A DNA stretch of 45,163 nt, from contig CAAGGB010000279.1 of assembly GCA_900769285.1 (NCBI GenBank), positions 1 through 45,163 on the forward strand. The letters are read 5' to 3'. Below the pieces are notes generated by a model. It did no database searches. It was not told the origin of the DNA and worked only from the letters and a program-made list of their open reading frames with translations. The position numbers and the translations under genes were made by a program. The DNA comes from Victivallales bacterium. GTDB taxonomy: Bacteria; Verrucomicrobiota; Lentisphaeria; Oligosphaerales; Oligosphaeraceae. Shown here in pieces: positions 10,013 to 19,026 of this stretch (position 1 is its first letter; each line of letters opens with the position of its first letter).

Positions 10013-10839
10013 ACGGAAACGGAAACGGGAACGGGAACGACGACGAACTCGCCATCCGCGGACTCTCCTGCGCCCTCAACGGACACACAGTCCTCCAGGA
10101 CGTCTCCCTCTCCCTCCGGCACGGCGAGCTCTGCTGCCTCATCGGCCCCAACGGCGCCGGCAAGTCCACCCTCCTCCGCTGCCTCGCACGGCTCCTCGAC
10201 GACTGGACCGGCCACATCGCCATCCGCGGACAGGACATCCGCTCCCTCACCCGACGCAGCCTCGCCCGACTCGTCGCCTACGTCCCCCAGCTCCACGGAC
10301 ACCTCCCAGACTACTCCGTCGACGAATTCCTCCGCCTCAGCCGCTATGCCCGCGGCGACATCCGCTCCCCACAGGCCAGCCGCGCCGTCCAGGACGCCCT
10401 CGCCCAGGTGCGCCTCCCCAGCGCCCTCGCCCGCCGAAGCCTCCGCACCCTCAGCGGCGGCGAGTGCCGACGAGCCTTCATCGCCGCCGGACTCGTCCAG
10501 GAAACACCGCTCATCCTCCTCGACGAGCCCGAGGCCTTCCTCGACCCCAGCGCCCAGCAGGACATCCACGCGCTCCTCGACGACCTCCACCAGGACGCCG
10601 CACACACCATCCTCTGCGTCTCACACGACCTCAACGCCACACTCCTCCACGCCGACCGCCTCGCCGCACTCCAGGACGGACACCTCGCCTTCGTCGCCCA
10701 CCCCCGCGACATCCGCCCCCACGGACTCCTCGACGACCTCTTCCGCACACCCTTCGACTACGCCCCGCATCCCGTCTCCGGACAGCCCATGGCACTCCCA
10801 CAAGCACCCCACGCGAAAATCCGCGGCACCACCTGTTGA
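10009..10839 (+). CDS. ABC transporter ATP-binding protein, BtuD/FecE/HmuV-type
   Basis: Walker A GPNGAGKST, signature LSGGE, Walker B LILLDEPEAFLD and H-loop VSHDLN. The N-terminus is MNGNGNGNGNDDE, encoded by a (AACGGR)4 repeat. Confidence 0.85.
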   Translation: MNGNGNGNGNDDELAIRGLSCALNGHTVLQDVSLSLRHGELCCLIGPNGAGKSTLLRCLARLLDDWTGHIAIRGQDIRSLTRRSLARLVAYVPQLHGHLPDYSVDEFLRLSRYARGDIRSPQASRAVQDALAQVRLPSALARRSLRTLSGGECRRAFIAAGLVQETPLILLDEPEAFLDPSAQQDIHALLDDLHQDAAHTILCVSHDLNATLLHADRLAALQDGHLAFVAHPRDIRPHGLLDDLFRTPFDYAPHPVSGQPMALPQAPHAKIRGTTC

Positions 10840-10943
10840 CACCGCCCGTTTCCCGCTTACATTACACCTCATGCGCCATGCTTCCGACGGCGCCCGGCCC
10901 CGCCTCCCACCAGACAAGACACGCACAGAGGAGAAACCTGTCC

Positions 10944-12533
10944 ATGGACAATCCGATCTTCATCCTGCTCCTGCTCGTCGCCATCTTCATCGTCCTCGCC
11001 ACCTTCTTCTCCCTGGTCAAGTGCTACCGCAAGTGCCCGTCCGACAAAATCATGGTCATCTTCGGCAAGACCGCCGGACACCAGGCCGCACACTGCATCC
11101 ACGGCGGCGCCAAATTCATCTGGCCCATCTTCCAGGACTACGGCTACATCTCACTCAAGCCCATCCAGATCACCGTCAACCTCGACAACGCCCTCTGCAA
11201 GCAGAACATCCGCATCAACGTCCCGTCTGTCTTCACCGTCGGCGTCTCCACCGCGCCCGAAATCATGGGCAACGCCGCCGAACGACTCTTCGGACAGACC
11301 TCCGAGGCCATCGCCGAACTCGCCAAGGACATCATCTTCGGACAGCTCCGACTCGTCATCGCCTCCATGATGATCGAGGAAATCAACGCCGACCGCGAGA
11401 CCTTCCTCCGCTCCGTCGAGGCCAACGTCGCCGAGGAACTCCGCAAAATCGGACTCGTCCTCCTCAACGTCAACATCACCGACATCACCGACGAGTCCGG
11501 ATACATCAAGGCCATCGGACAGCGCGCCGCCGCAGGAGCCATCAACAAGGCAAAAATCGACGTCGCCGAGGAGACCCGAAAGGGTAGCATCGGCGCCGCC
11601 GAGGCTCAGAAGCTCGAGCGCATCGCCGTCTCCGAGGCCGAGGCCGAGGCCGCCGCAGGAGAGGCCACCGCCGACAAGAACCGCCGTGTCGCCGTCAAAC
11701 GCGCCGAGGCCGAGGCCGCCGCAGGAGAGGCCGAGGCCGACCAGAACCGACGCATCGCCGTCAAACGAGCCGACGCCGCAGCCGCCGCCGGCGAAGCCGA
11801 GGCCGACCAGAACCGACGCATCGCCGTCAAACAGGCCGACGCCGCCGCGACCAAGGGCGAGAACCTCGCCTCCATCGACATCGCCAACTCCAACGCCGAA
11901 CGCTGCGAGGCCGAGGCCGAGGCCTACCGCCGCGCCGAGGCCGCCAAGCAAATCGCCGAGGCCCGCATCAAGCAGGCGCAGTTCGACGCCGAGGCCGAGG
12001 CACAGAAGGCACGCGCCGTCATGGAGTCCGAACGCCAGAAGGCCGACGTCATCGTCGAGGCCGAAATCCAGAAGCGACAGGTCGAAATCGCCGCCGCCGC
12101 CGAGGCCGAGCGCAAGCGCCTCGAGGCGCAGGGCGAGGCCGACGCCATCTACGCCAAGCTCCAGGCCGAGGCAAAGGGTAACTTCGAACTCCTCCAGGCA
12201 AAGGGCGAAGGCTTCCGCAAAATCATCGAGTCCTGCGCCGGCAGCGCCGACGACGCCGGCAAGATGCTCATGATCGAAAAGCTCCAGGACATCGTCGCAC
12301 TCCAGGTCGAGGCCATCCGCAACATCCGCATCGACAAGGTCACCGTCTGGGACGGCGGCGGCAAGGCCGCCGACGGCAAGACCGCCACCGCCGGCTTCCT
12401 CGCCGGCATGGCTCAGAGCCTCCCACCCCTCCACGACGTCGCCAAAATGGCCGGCATCGACCTCCCCGCCTATCTCGGCAAGCTCAACGACCACGCCAAG
12501 GACGACGCCGACACTACCGCCCCGCAGGCCTGA
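10944..12533 (+). CDS. Flotillin-like SPFH/Band-7 protein (YqiK/FloT-type)
   Basis: N-terminal TM (IFILLLLVAIFIVLATFF) and an SPFH domain. The long Glu/Ala-rich coiled-coil tail with 22-aa repeats (AEAEAAAGEAEADQNRRIAVKR x3) is typical of flotillins. RBS GAGGAGAAA is 7 nt upstream. Confidence 0.85.
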   Translation: MDNPIFILLLLVAIFIVLATFFSLVKCYRKCPSDKIMVIFGKTAGHQAAHCIHGGAKFIWPIFQDYGYISLKPIQITVNLDNALCKQNIRINVPSVFTVGVSTAPEIMGNAAERLFGQTSEAIAELAKDIIFGQLRLVIASMMIEEINADRETFLRSVEANVAEELRKIGLVLLNVNITDITDESGYIKAIGQRAAAGAINKAKIDVAEETRKGSIGAAEAQKLERIAVSEAEAEAAAGEATADKNRRVAVKRAEAEAAAGEAEADQNRRIAVKRADAAAAAGEAEADQNRRIAVKQADAAATKGENLASIDIANSNAERCEAEAEAYRRAEAAKQIAEARIKQAQFDAEAEAQKARAVMESERQKADVIVEAEIQKRQVEIAAAAEAERKRLEAQGEADAIYAKLQAEAKGNFELLQAKGEGFRKIIESCAGSADDAGKMLMIEKLQDIVALQVEAIRNIRIDKVTVWDGGGKAADGKTATAGFLAGMAQSLPPLHDVAKMAGIDLPAYLGKLNDHAKDDADTTAPQA

Positions 12534-12555
12534 CGACCGCGGCATCGCGCCAGGA

Positions 12556-12599
12556 GGAGGACGGACAAGGCAAAAAAACATCCGCCTTTTCCGTCCTCC
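12556..12599 (+). terminator. Possible hairpin after the flotillin gene
   Basis: GGAGGACGG ... CCGTCCTCC is a perfect 9-bp inverted repeat with an inner AAGGC/GCCTT stem. There is no clear U-tract. Confidence 0.3.
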
Positions 12600-12742
12600 C
12601 ACTGGCACCAGCGACCGCTCCGCGTGTCTCACACCCCTGACTGACAAGCCTTCCCGCCCCCTTCAGGCCGCCTGACGCTCGCCGTCCCGCGGCCTTTTCG
12701 TTCCCTCCCACCCACCCCACACCCCATCGCCCGCTGACCGCC

Positions 12743-15700
12743 ATGCCCACCTCCACGCGCGCCCGACTCGCCGCCCTGCTCTGCCTGCTCCTCGCCACGC
12801 TGTGCCTCGCCGCCGCACCCGCCACGCAGCCGCTGGACTCCCCCTTGCCCCTCGACGAGCAGGCCATGCTCAAGGCCGCCGCCGCCGTCACCCACCAGGC
12901 CTTCCCCGAGGCCGACACCGCCCTCGTCGACGACAACGTCCTCACCATCTACCAGCAGGACGGCACCAGCGTCACCTGGGACGACATGGCCTACAAGGTC
13001 CTCACCGAGAAGGGCCGCAAATCCCTCCAGACCCTCTCCCTCTACTACTGCGCCTCCTACGGCAAGGCGCAGTTCCGCTTCATCACCCTCCACAAGGCCG
13101 ACGGAACCAAGGTCGAGCTCCCCATCGACAAGCTCACCCGCGAAATGGTCGAGCCTTCCCAGATGCAGAGCAACATCTACAACCCCAACGACAAGGTCAT
13201 CGTCGCCAACGTCCCCGGACTCGACGTCGGAGACACCATCCGCTACTGCGTCCGCCGCGAGACCTTCAAGCCACGCTGCCCCAACACCTTCAGCGACATC
13301 CACCTCCTCGAGTCCGACGAGCTCATCGTCCGCTACACCATCATCGTCGACGGCCCCGCCGAACTCCCCCTCCGCCACATCGCCGTCCGCGACCCCGTCG
13401 GCCAGACCGTCCGCCACTCCCTCGACCCCAGCGCACCCGGACGCATCCGCCACCGCTGGACCATCGCCAACGTGCCGGTCATCCACCGCGAGCCCAAGAT
13501 GCCACCCCTCTCGCGCGTCGCACAGCGCCTCATGCTCTCCACCATCGACTCCTGGAAGGACGTCTCCGCCTGGTACTGGCGACTCTGCCAGCCACACCTC
13601 AAGCCCTCGCCCGACATGAAGGCCAAGGTCGCCGAACTCACCCGCGGACTCACCGACCAGCAGGACATCATCCGCGCCATCTTCACCTTCGTCTCCCAGG
13701 AAATCCGCTACATGGGCATCACCATCGAGGACGACGCGCCCGGCTACGAGCCCCATGACGTCGCACTCACCTTCGCCAAACGCCACGGCGTCTGCCGCGA
13801 CAAGGCCGCACTCCTCGTCGCCATGCTCAACCTCGCCGGACAACAGGCCTTCCCCGTCCTCATCCACGCCGGAAACAAGATGGACCACGAGGTCATCCAG
13901 CCCTACTTCAACCACGCCATCACCGCCGCACTCGCGCCCGACGGCTCCTACATCCTCATGGACCCCACCGACGAGAACACACGAGACCTCCTACCCTCCT
14001 ACCTCGCCGACAAGTCCTTCCTCGTCGCCCGCGAACAGGGCGACACCCTCCGCACCACCCCCTTCTCACCCGCCAGCGACAACCTCCTCGACATCACCAC
14101 CACCGCCAGCATCGACGAGCGCGGAAACCTCGACGCGAAGGCCACCCTCGCCTTCGCCGGCATCCACGACAACGCCTACCGCGGCTTCTTCGCCAACGCC
14201 ACCCCCGAGGACCGCCGCAGCTTCGTCGAGCGCGTCATCCGCAACGTCGCCCCTGGCGCCGTCCTCACCCGACTCGACATCATCCCCGCCAATCTCCTCG
14301 ACACCGCCACCCCGCTCCGGCTCGACGTCGCCTTCACCGCCGAGTCCATCCTCACCCAGAACTCCACCAATGCCCTCCTCGCGCCACCCTTCCTCTCCAG
14401 CACGTTCGGCATGAACAACTTCATCCTCGGCTCCACACAGCTCGACCAGCGCAAATACCCCTTCCTCAGCAAATACGCCTGCGCCATCCGCGAGTCACTC
14501 AAGCTCACCCTCCATCCCACCTGGAAGACACCCGACACACTCCCCGACTACCAGACCGTCCACGACGAGCGCCTCGACTGGTCGCGCACCGTCAAGGCCG
14601 ACGGACAGACCCTCGCCTTCCACACCCGCTTCGACCTCAACGCCATCGAATTCTCGCCCCAGCAGTACCTCACCCTCAAGGAACAGCTCCGGCAGCTCGA
14701 GGACAACGCCAGACGTAGGGTCATCCTCAACCGCGCCGCCACCCCACAGCCCGCCACCGACGCCACCGCCGGCGCCGACGCCGAAATCCTCGAGCACACC
14801 ATCGCCTTCAATCTTCAGGACGCCTACTCCTGGACACAGACCGACTACTCCAAGACCCGCATCCTCACCTACAAGGGCAAGAAGGAGAACGCCGAGGTCT
14901 CCCTCGACTTCAACCCCGCCTGGGAGACCATCCATGTCGACCTCGCCAAGGTCACCACCCCCGACGGCAAGGGCGGAACCCGAACCCAGACCGTCAGCCC
15001 ACAGGAGATGAACCTCATGGACGCCGAATGGGTCGCCGCCGCACCTCGCTACCCCGCCTCCAGGCGCCTCGTCGTCTCACTCCCCGGCGTCGAAATCGGC
15101 TCCGTCATCGAGCTGAAGGTCACCTCCACCTGCAAGAACGGCCCCGCCTTCAGCCTCCAGCACGCCTTCCGCAGGCACAGCGCACCCGTCCGACACATGT
15201 CCGTCTCCGTCAACACACCCTCACAGCTCAAGCTCAGCACCGCCGTCCACCAGAACGGCATCTTCGCCAGCAGCGCCAACGCCCATCAGAGCAACATCGC
15301 CGAGACCTTCGTCTCCGAAAACGGACGCACCATCTGGACCTGGACCGCCGACAGCCAGCCCGCCATCCCCGACGAGCCCTACCAGCCCCCATCCATCGCC
15401 TTCGCTCCTGCCATCCTCATCTCCGCCACCTCCTGGCAACAGCACCTCGCACGACTCAACCAGGCCATCTCACAGCGCTGCATCGCCGGACCGCGCATCC
15501 GCGAGGCCGCCGCCACCATCCGAAAACTCCCCCTCAACCAGCGACTCGCCGCCGTCAACACCTTCCTCGACAAAACCATCGCCAACGCCGGACCATCATT
15601 CCTCGAACTCCCGCTCGACCGACTCTCCGAACCAGAAACCACCCTCGCCGACGGCTACGGACACGACGCCGACCAGGCCATCGCCGCCTTCACCCTCCTC

Positions 15701-16594
15701 CGCGAACTCGACTTCAATCCCGAATTCGTCTTCGCCGCCGACGCTCCCCTCCAGCATGACCTCCTCCAGCAGCAGCTCGCCTGCCCCTCACCCTACCTCT
15801 TCGCCAAACTCCTCGTCCGCGTCGTCCACGAGAACAAAACCTACTGGCTCAACGACCAAAGCCAGTACGCCAACCTACAGACCTGCTCCCGTGACCGCTG
15901 CCCCGCCATGACCGCAGACGCCAAGCTCTTCACCATCACCACGCCCACACCCTTCCGCGAACAGCGCTCCACCTCCTTCAGCATCGCCATCGACGACCAC
16001 GGCGACGCCACACTCTCCTACACCGACGACATCCACGGCACACGCTTCGCCGCCGAAAACCGACGCTTCGCCGAACTCACACCCGAATACCGCCGACGCC
16101 ACTTCCTCGCCCTCGTCAGCCAGTTCTCCAAACGCGCCGTCCCCAGCTCCGAACTCGTCACCGACTTCTCCGGCTACCCCGCCAGACTCTCCTTCTCCTG
16201 CCGCATCCCCAAATTCGCCGTCATCGACGGCCCCTTCTGCTACTTCACCATCCCCAACGCCGCCTTCCGCGCACTCCCACTACGCTTCGACCACCAGCGC
16301 ACCACCCCCATCGCACACACACGGCACACCGAACTCACCTCCACCTTCACCATCACCCTCCCACCCTCACGGCGAACCGTCACCATGGCCCCTCAGAACT
16401 GGGACTGGCTCTCCCCCGACGGACAGTCACGCTACACCATCCGCACCACGCAGCCCACACCCGACACCCTCGTCTGCACCATGACCGCCAGCCAGGCGCC
16501 CGACGTCGCCTTCCCCGGACACCTCGACAAGTACAGACAGCTCGCCGACACCCTCACCCGAAACGACTCCAGAACCTTCCTCCTCAAGAAGTAG
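12743..16594 (+). CDS. Large secreted transglutaminase-like cysteine protease family protein (1283 aa)
   Basis: Signal peptide. The transglutaminase-like core is KRHGVCRDKAALLVAMLNLAGQQAFPVLIHAG (Cys), with downstream His (FNHAITAA) and Asp (ILMDPTDE) completing a putative triad. Confidence 0.8.
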   Translation: MPTSTRARLAALLCLLLATLCLAAAPATQPLDSPLPLDEQAMLKAAAAVTHQAFPEADTALVDDNVLTIYQQDGTSVTWDDMAYKVLTEKGRKSLQTLSLYYCASYGKAQFRFITLHKADGTKVELPIDKLTREMVEPSQMQSNIYNPNDKVIVANVPGLDVGDTIRYCVRRETFKPRCPNTFSDIHLLESDELIVRYTIIVDGPAELPLRHIAVRDPVGQTVRHSLDPSAPGRIRHRWTIANVPVIHREPKMPPLSRVAQRLMLSTIDSWKDVSAWYWRLCQPHLKPSPDMKAKVAELTRGLTDQQDIIRAIFTFVSQEIRYMGITIEDDAPGYEPHDVALTFAKRHGVCRDKAALLVAMLNLAGQQAFPVLIHAGNKMDHEVIQPYFNHAITAALAPDGSYILMDPTDENTRDLLPSYLADKSFLVAREQGDTLRTTPFSPASDNLLDITTTASIDERGNLDAKATLAFAGIHDNAYRGFFANATPEDRRSFVERVIRNVAPGAVLTRLDIIPANLLDTATPLRLDVAFTAESILTQNSTNALLAPPFLSSTFGMNNFILGSTQLDQRKYPFLSKYACAIRESLKLTLHPTWKTPDTLPDYQTVHDERLDWSRTVKADGQTLAFHTRFDLNAIEFSPQQYLTLKEQLRQLEDNARRRVILNRAATPQPATDATAGADAEILEHTIAFNLQDAYSWTQTDYSKTRILTYKGKKENAEVSLDFNPAWETIHVDLAKVTTPDGKGGTRTQTVSPQEMNLMDAEWVAAAPRYPASRRLVVSLPGVEIGSVIELKVTSTCKNGPAFSLQHAFRRHSAPVRHMSVSVNTPSQLKLSTAVHQNGIFASSANAHQSNIAETFVSENGRTIWTWTADSQPAIPDEPYQPPSIAFAPAILISATSWQQHLARLNQAISQRCIAGPRIREAAATIRKLPLNQRLAAVNTFLDKTIANAGPSFLELPLDRLSEPETTLADGYGHDADQAIAAFTLLRELDFNPEFVFAADAPLQHDLLQQQLACPSPYLFAKLLVRVVHENKTYWLNDQSQYANLQTCSRDRCPAMTADAKLFTITTPTPFREQRSTSFSIAIDDHGDATLSYTDDIHGTRFAAENRRFAELTPEYRRRHFLALVSQFSKRAVPSSELVTDFSGYPARLSFSCRIPKFAVIDGPFCYFTIPNAAFRALPLRFDHQRTTPIAHTRHTELTSTFTITLPPSRRTVTMAPQNWDWLSPDGQSRYTIRTTQPTPDTLVCTMTASQAPDVAFPGHLDKYRQLADTLTRNDSRTFLLKK

Positions 16595-16615
16595 ACCCGC
16601 CAGCCTACCAGCCCC

Positions 16616-17590
16616 ATGCCCCTCCTCCACGACTCATCCTACCGGCCACCGACACTCCTCGCCAGCGGACACCTCCAGACCATCCTCCCAAACTACCTCG
16701 CCCACGGCCCCAGCGTCGCCTACACCCGCGAACGACTCCCCACCCCCGACGGAGACCACCTCGCACTCGACTGGGCCACCGTCGGCTCCGACCGACTCGT
16801 CGTCGTCAACCACGGACTCTGCGGACACTCCCGCCGCCACTACGCCCTTCACCTCGCCGACGCCTTCAACCGCCAGGGATGGGACTGCCTCGTCTGGAAC
16901 TACCGCGGCACCTCCGAAGACCCCGAACCTCACGAAAAGCCCATCTTCACCACCAACAACTCCTCCGACGAGCTCGCACTCGTCATCCAACACGCCATCG
17001 ACTCCCGACACTACCGCAAGGTCGGCATCACCGGCTTCAGCATGGGCGGAAACCTCGGACTCCTCTACCTCGGACGACACGCCGACCAGCTCCCCGAACC
17101 CGTCGCCGGCGCCGTGCTCTTCTGCGCCACCACCAACCTCGTCGCCTCCTGCCAGGCCATCCACCGCCCCCTCAACCGACCCTACGAGCGCCATTTCCTC
17201 AGCCTCCTCATCCGCATGGCCAACGACCGCCACCGACAGTTCCCCGAGACGGTCCCCGCCCCCATCCCCTCGCGCATCCACTCCTTCCAGGACTTCGACG
17301 ACGCCATCACCGCACCCGTCTGCGGCTTCCGCAACGCCCTCGACTACTACCAGACCGCCTCCTCCGCCACCTACATCCCGCAGCTCAACCGACCCGCACT
17401 CCTCGTCCAGCCCCTCAACGACCCCTTCCTCGACGGACTCTGCTATCCCGTCCAGGCCGCCCGCGACTCCCATTGCCTCTTCCTCGAGACACCACCCTCG
17501 GGCGGACACTGCGGCTTCATCACCTTCGGCGACACCTGGTGGCCCGCACGGCGAGCCTGCGAATTCCTCGCACCACTCCTAAACGGCTGA
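16616..17590 (+). CDS. Alpha/beta-fold hydrolase, YheT/COG0429-type
   Basis: GHLQTIL N-terminal motif and nucleophile elbow GFSMGGN, in a protein of ~320 aa. This pattern is typical of YheT-like putative esterases. Confidence 0.8.
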   Translation: MPLLHDSSYRPPTLLASGHLQTILPNYLAHGPSVAYTRERLPTPDGDHLALDWATVGSDRLVVVNHGLCGHSRRHYALHLADAFNRQGWDCLVWNYRGTSEDPEPHEKPIFTTNNSSDELALVIQHAIDSRHYRKVGITGFSMGGNLGLLYLGRHADQLPEPVAGAVLFCATTNLVASCQAIHRPLNRPYERHFLSLLIRMANDRHRQFPETVPAPIPSRIHSFQDFDDAITAPVCGFRNALDYYQTASSATYIPQLNRPALLVQPLNDPFLDGLCYPVQAARDSHCLFLETPPSGGHCGFITFGDTWWPARRACEFLAPLLNG

Positions 17591-17608
17591 CGGACGCCAC
17601 GCACACAC

Positions 17609-17657
17609 AAAAAAAGGACACGCCCAGACGGAGCATCTTCTCCATCCGGGCGCGTCC
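17609..17657 (-). terminator. Rho-independent terminator of the ferredoxin gene
   Basis: On the minus strand there is a GC-rich stem GGACGCGCCCGG / CTGGGCGTGTCC (~10 bp with one mismatch) with a 20-nt loop. It is immediately followed by U7 (A7 at 17609-17615 on the plus strand), 27 nt after the stop at 17684. Confidence 0.6.
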
Positions 17658-17683
17658 TATGCCGTGTGGCGCAGGCTGTGGAC

Positions 17684-17860
17684 TTAGTCCTCCAGCTTGA
17701 TGGCCTCGCAGGGGCAGGCGTCCACGCAGGCGCCGCAGCCAACGCAGGTGTCCTTGTCGACAACAGCCTTGTCATCAACGATCTTGATGGCCTCGACGGG
17801 GCAGCCATCGACGCAGGTACCGCAGCCGGCGCACTTCTCTTTATCAACAACAGCAGCCAT
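17684..17860 (-). CDS. Ferredoxin, 2x[4Fe-4S] (57 aa)
   Basis: Two CxxCxxCxxxCP motifs (CAGCGTCVDGCP and CVGCGACVDACP). The start MAAVV at 17860 is preceded by GAGGAAAAG 6 nt upstream. The longer ORF 17684..18085 was rejected because its N-terminus is Arg/Gly-rich off-pattern sequence. Confidence 0.85.
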   Translation of the reverse strand: MAAVVDKEKCAGCGTCVDGCPVEAIKIVDDKAVVDKDTCVGCGACVDACPCEAIKLED

Positions 17861-18225
17861 GTTCTTTTCCTCTTCTTTTGTGAGTTGCTTGACGACGGGC
17901 ATGGCACTGCCCGCTTCGCTTGCGCGAACGTCACCAATATAAGGGCTGTGCCCGCAATTGCAATGCGACAACGCCAAATTTGTCGCCGCCACGCCACGCC
18001 CCCACTCCGGACGCCTGTTGCGCCACGCCCCTCTCCACATTCTGGATACTCCTCCCACACCCCTGACGCCCCCCCCCTCACACACCAGGAAAAATTCCTC
18101 CCTCCAGTTCCGGAATGGGCATTGAAGAATTTGCCCCCACAGCTTATATTACCGCTAAAATGTCCTTTTTCCGCGGCCCGACGCCGCCCAGTCCCCCCAC
18201 GAAGTCCCCCTCCGCTCCCCAAACC

Positions 18226-19023
18226 ATGCCACAGCCGCTCCGCGTCGACGTGCACACCCACGTCTTCCACCCCAAAATCGCCGACAAAGTCGTCACCCAG
18301 CTCGAGGCGCACTACCACATCCCCCCCATCGGCAACGGCCGCTGGGAAGACCTCGCCGCGCACCTGGACCGGGCCGGCATCGACGCCTGCTTCGTCCACT
18401 CCGCCGCCACCACACCCCTTCAGGTCATCCCCGCCAACGACTGGGCCATCGCCCTCAACGACAACCCCCGCATCGTACCCTTCGGCACCATGCACCCCGA
18501 CTTCGAGGACATGACCGGCGAACTGGCCCGACTCCATGACCGCGGCATCCGCGGCATCAAGCTCCATCCGGACTTCCAGGGCTTCCGCCTCGACGACCCC
18601 AAGCTCCTCCCACTCTTCGGCGAGATGGAGGGCTCCTTCACCCTCATGGTCCACGTCGGCGACAGCCTCCCGCCAGACCAGAACCCCTCCTGCCCCTACA
18701 AGGTCGCCGCCATCAAGAGGCGCTTCCCAAAACTCCAGATCATCGCCGCCCATTTCGGCGGCTACCGACACTGGCAGTACGTCACCGACGCCCTCCACGG
18801 ACTCGACGTCTACATGGACACCTCCTCCAGCCTCTTCGCCATCCCACAGCCCCTCCTCGAGGACATCTTCTCCCATTTCCCACGACACCTCTTCCTCTTC
18901 GGCTCCGACTACCCACTCTTCCGCGACGAGGACGAGGTCCAGGAACTCCAGCGCCGACTCCGGCTCTCCGACGACGAGCTCGAGGAAATCCTCACCAACG
19001 GCTCCAGGCTGGGACTCTGCTGA
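18226..19023 (+). CDS. Amidohydrolase-2 (PF04909-type) metal-dependent TIM-barrel hydrolase/decarboxylase family protein
   Basis: N-terminal HxH (RVDVHTHVF), then H (MVHVGD), H (AAHFGGY) and D (FGSDYP) in the order expected for amidohydrolase_2. An alternative start at 18115 would add 37 aa (MGIEEF...); it cannot be decided from sequence. Confidence 0.75.
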   Translation: MPQPLRVDVHTHVFHPKIADKVVTQLEAHYHIPPIGNGRWEDLAAHLDRAGIDACFVHSAATTPLQVIPANDWAIALNDNPRIVPFGTMHPDFEDMTGELARLHDRGIRGIKLHPDFQGFRLDDPKLLPLFGEMEGSFTLMVHVGDSLPPDQNPSCPYKVAAIKRRFPKLQIIAAHFGGYRHWQYVTDALHGLDVYMDTSSSLFAIPQPLLEDIFSHFPRHLFLFGSDYPLFRDEDEVQELQRRLRLSDDELEEILTNGSRLGLC

Positions 19024-19026
19024 ACC

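Noticed and set aside
9168-12533. 1121-aa ORF suggesting a single giant gene from the binding-protein region to the flotillin
   Set aside because: Only the last 529 aa (from Met at 10944, with RBS) are flotillin. The upstream part is an off-frame Pro/Arg/Ser-rich read across the BtuF-like and ATPase genes.
17684-18085. 133-aa version of the ferredoxin ORF
   Set aside because: The first 75 residues are Arg/Gly/Trp-rich with no ferredoxin features. An RBS precedes the internal Met at 17860.
18115-18225. 37-codon N-terminal extension of the amidohydrolase (MGIEEF...MSFFRGPTPPSPPTKSPSAPQT)
   Set aside because: Its Pro/Ser-rich composition is unlike the rest of the protein, and the conserved HxH motif starts 8 residues after the Met at 18226. 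It is kept as an alternative start only. I considered but cannot support a leader or precursor-peptide role.
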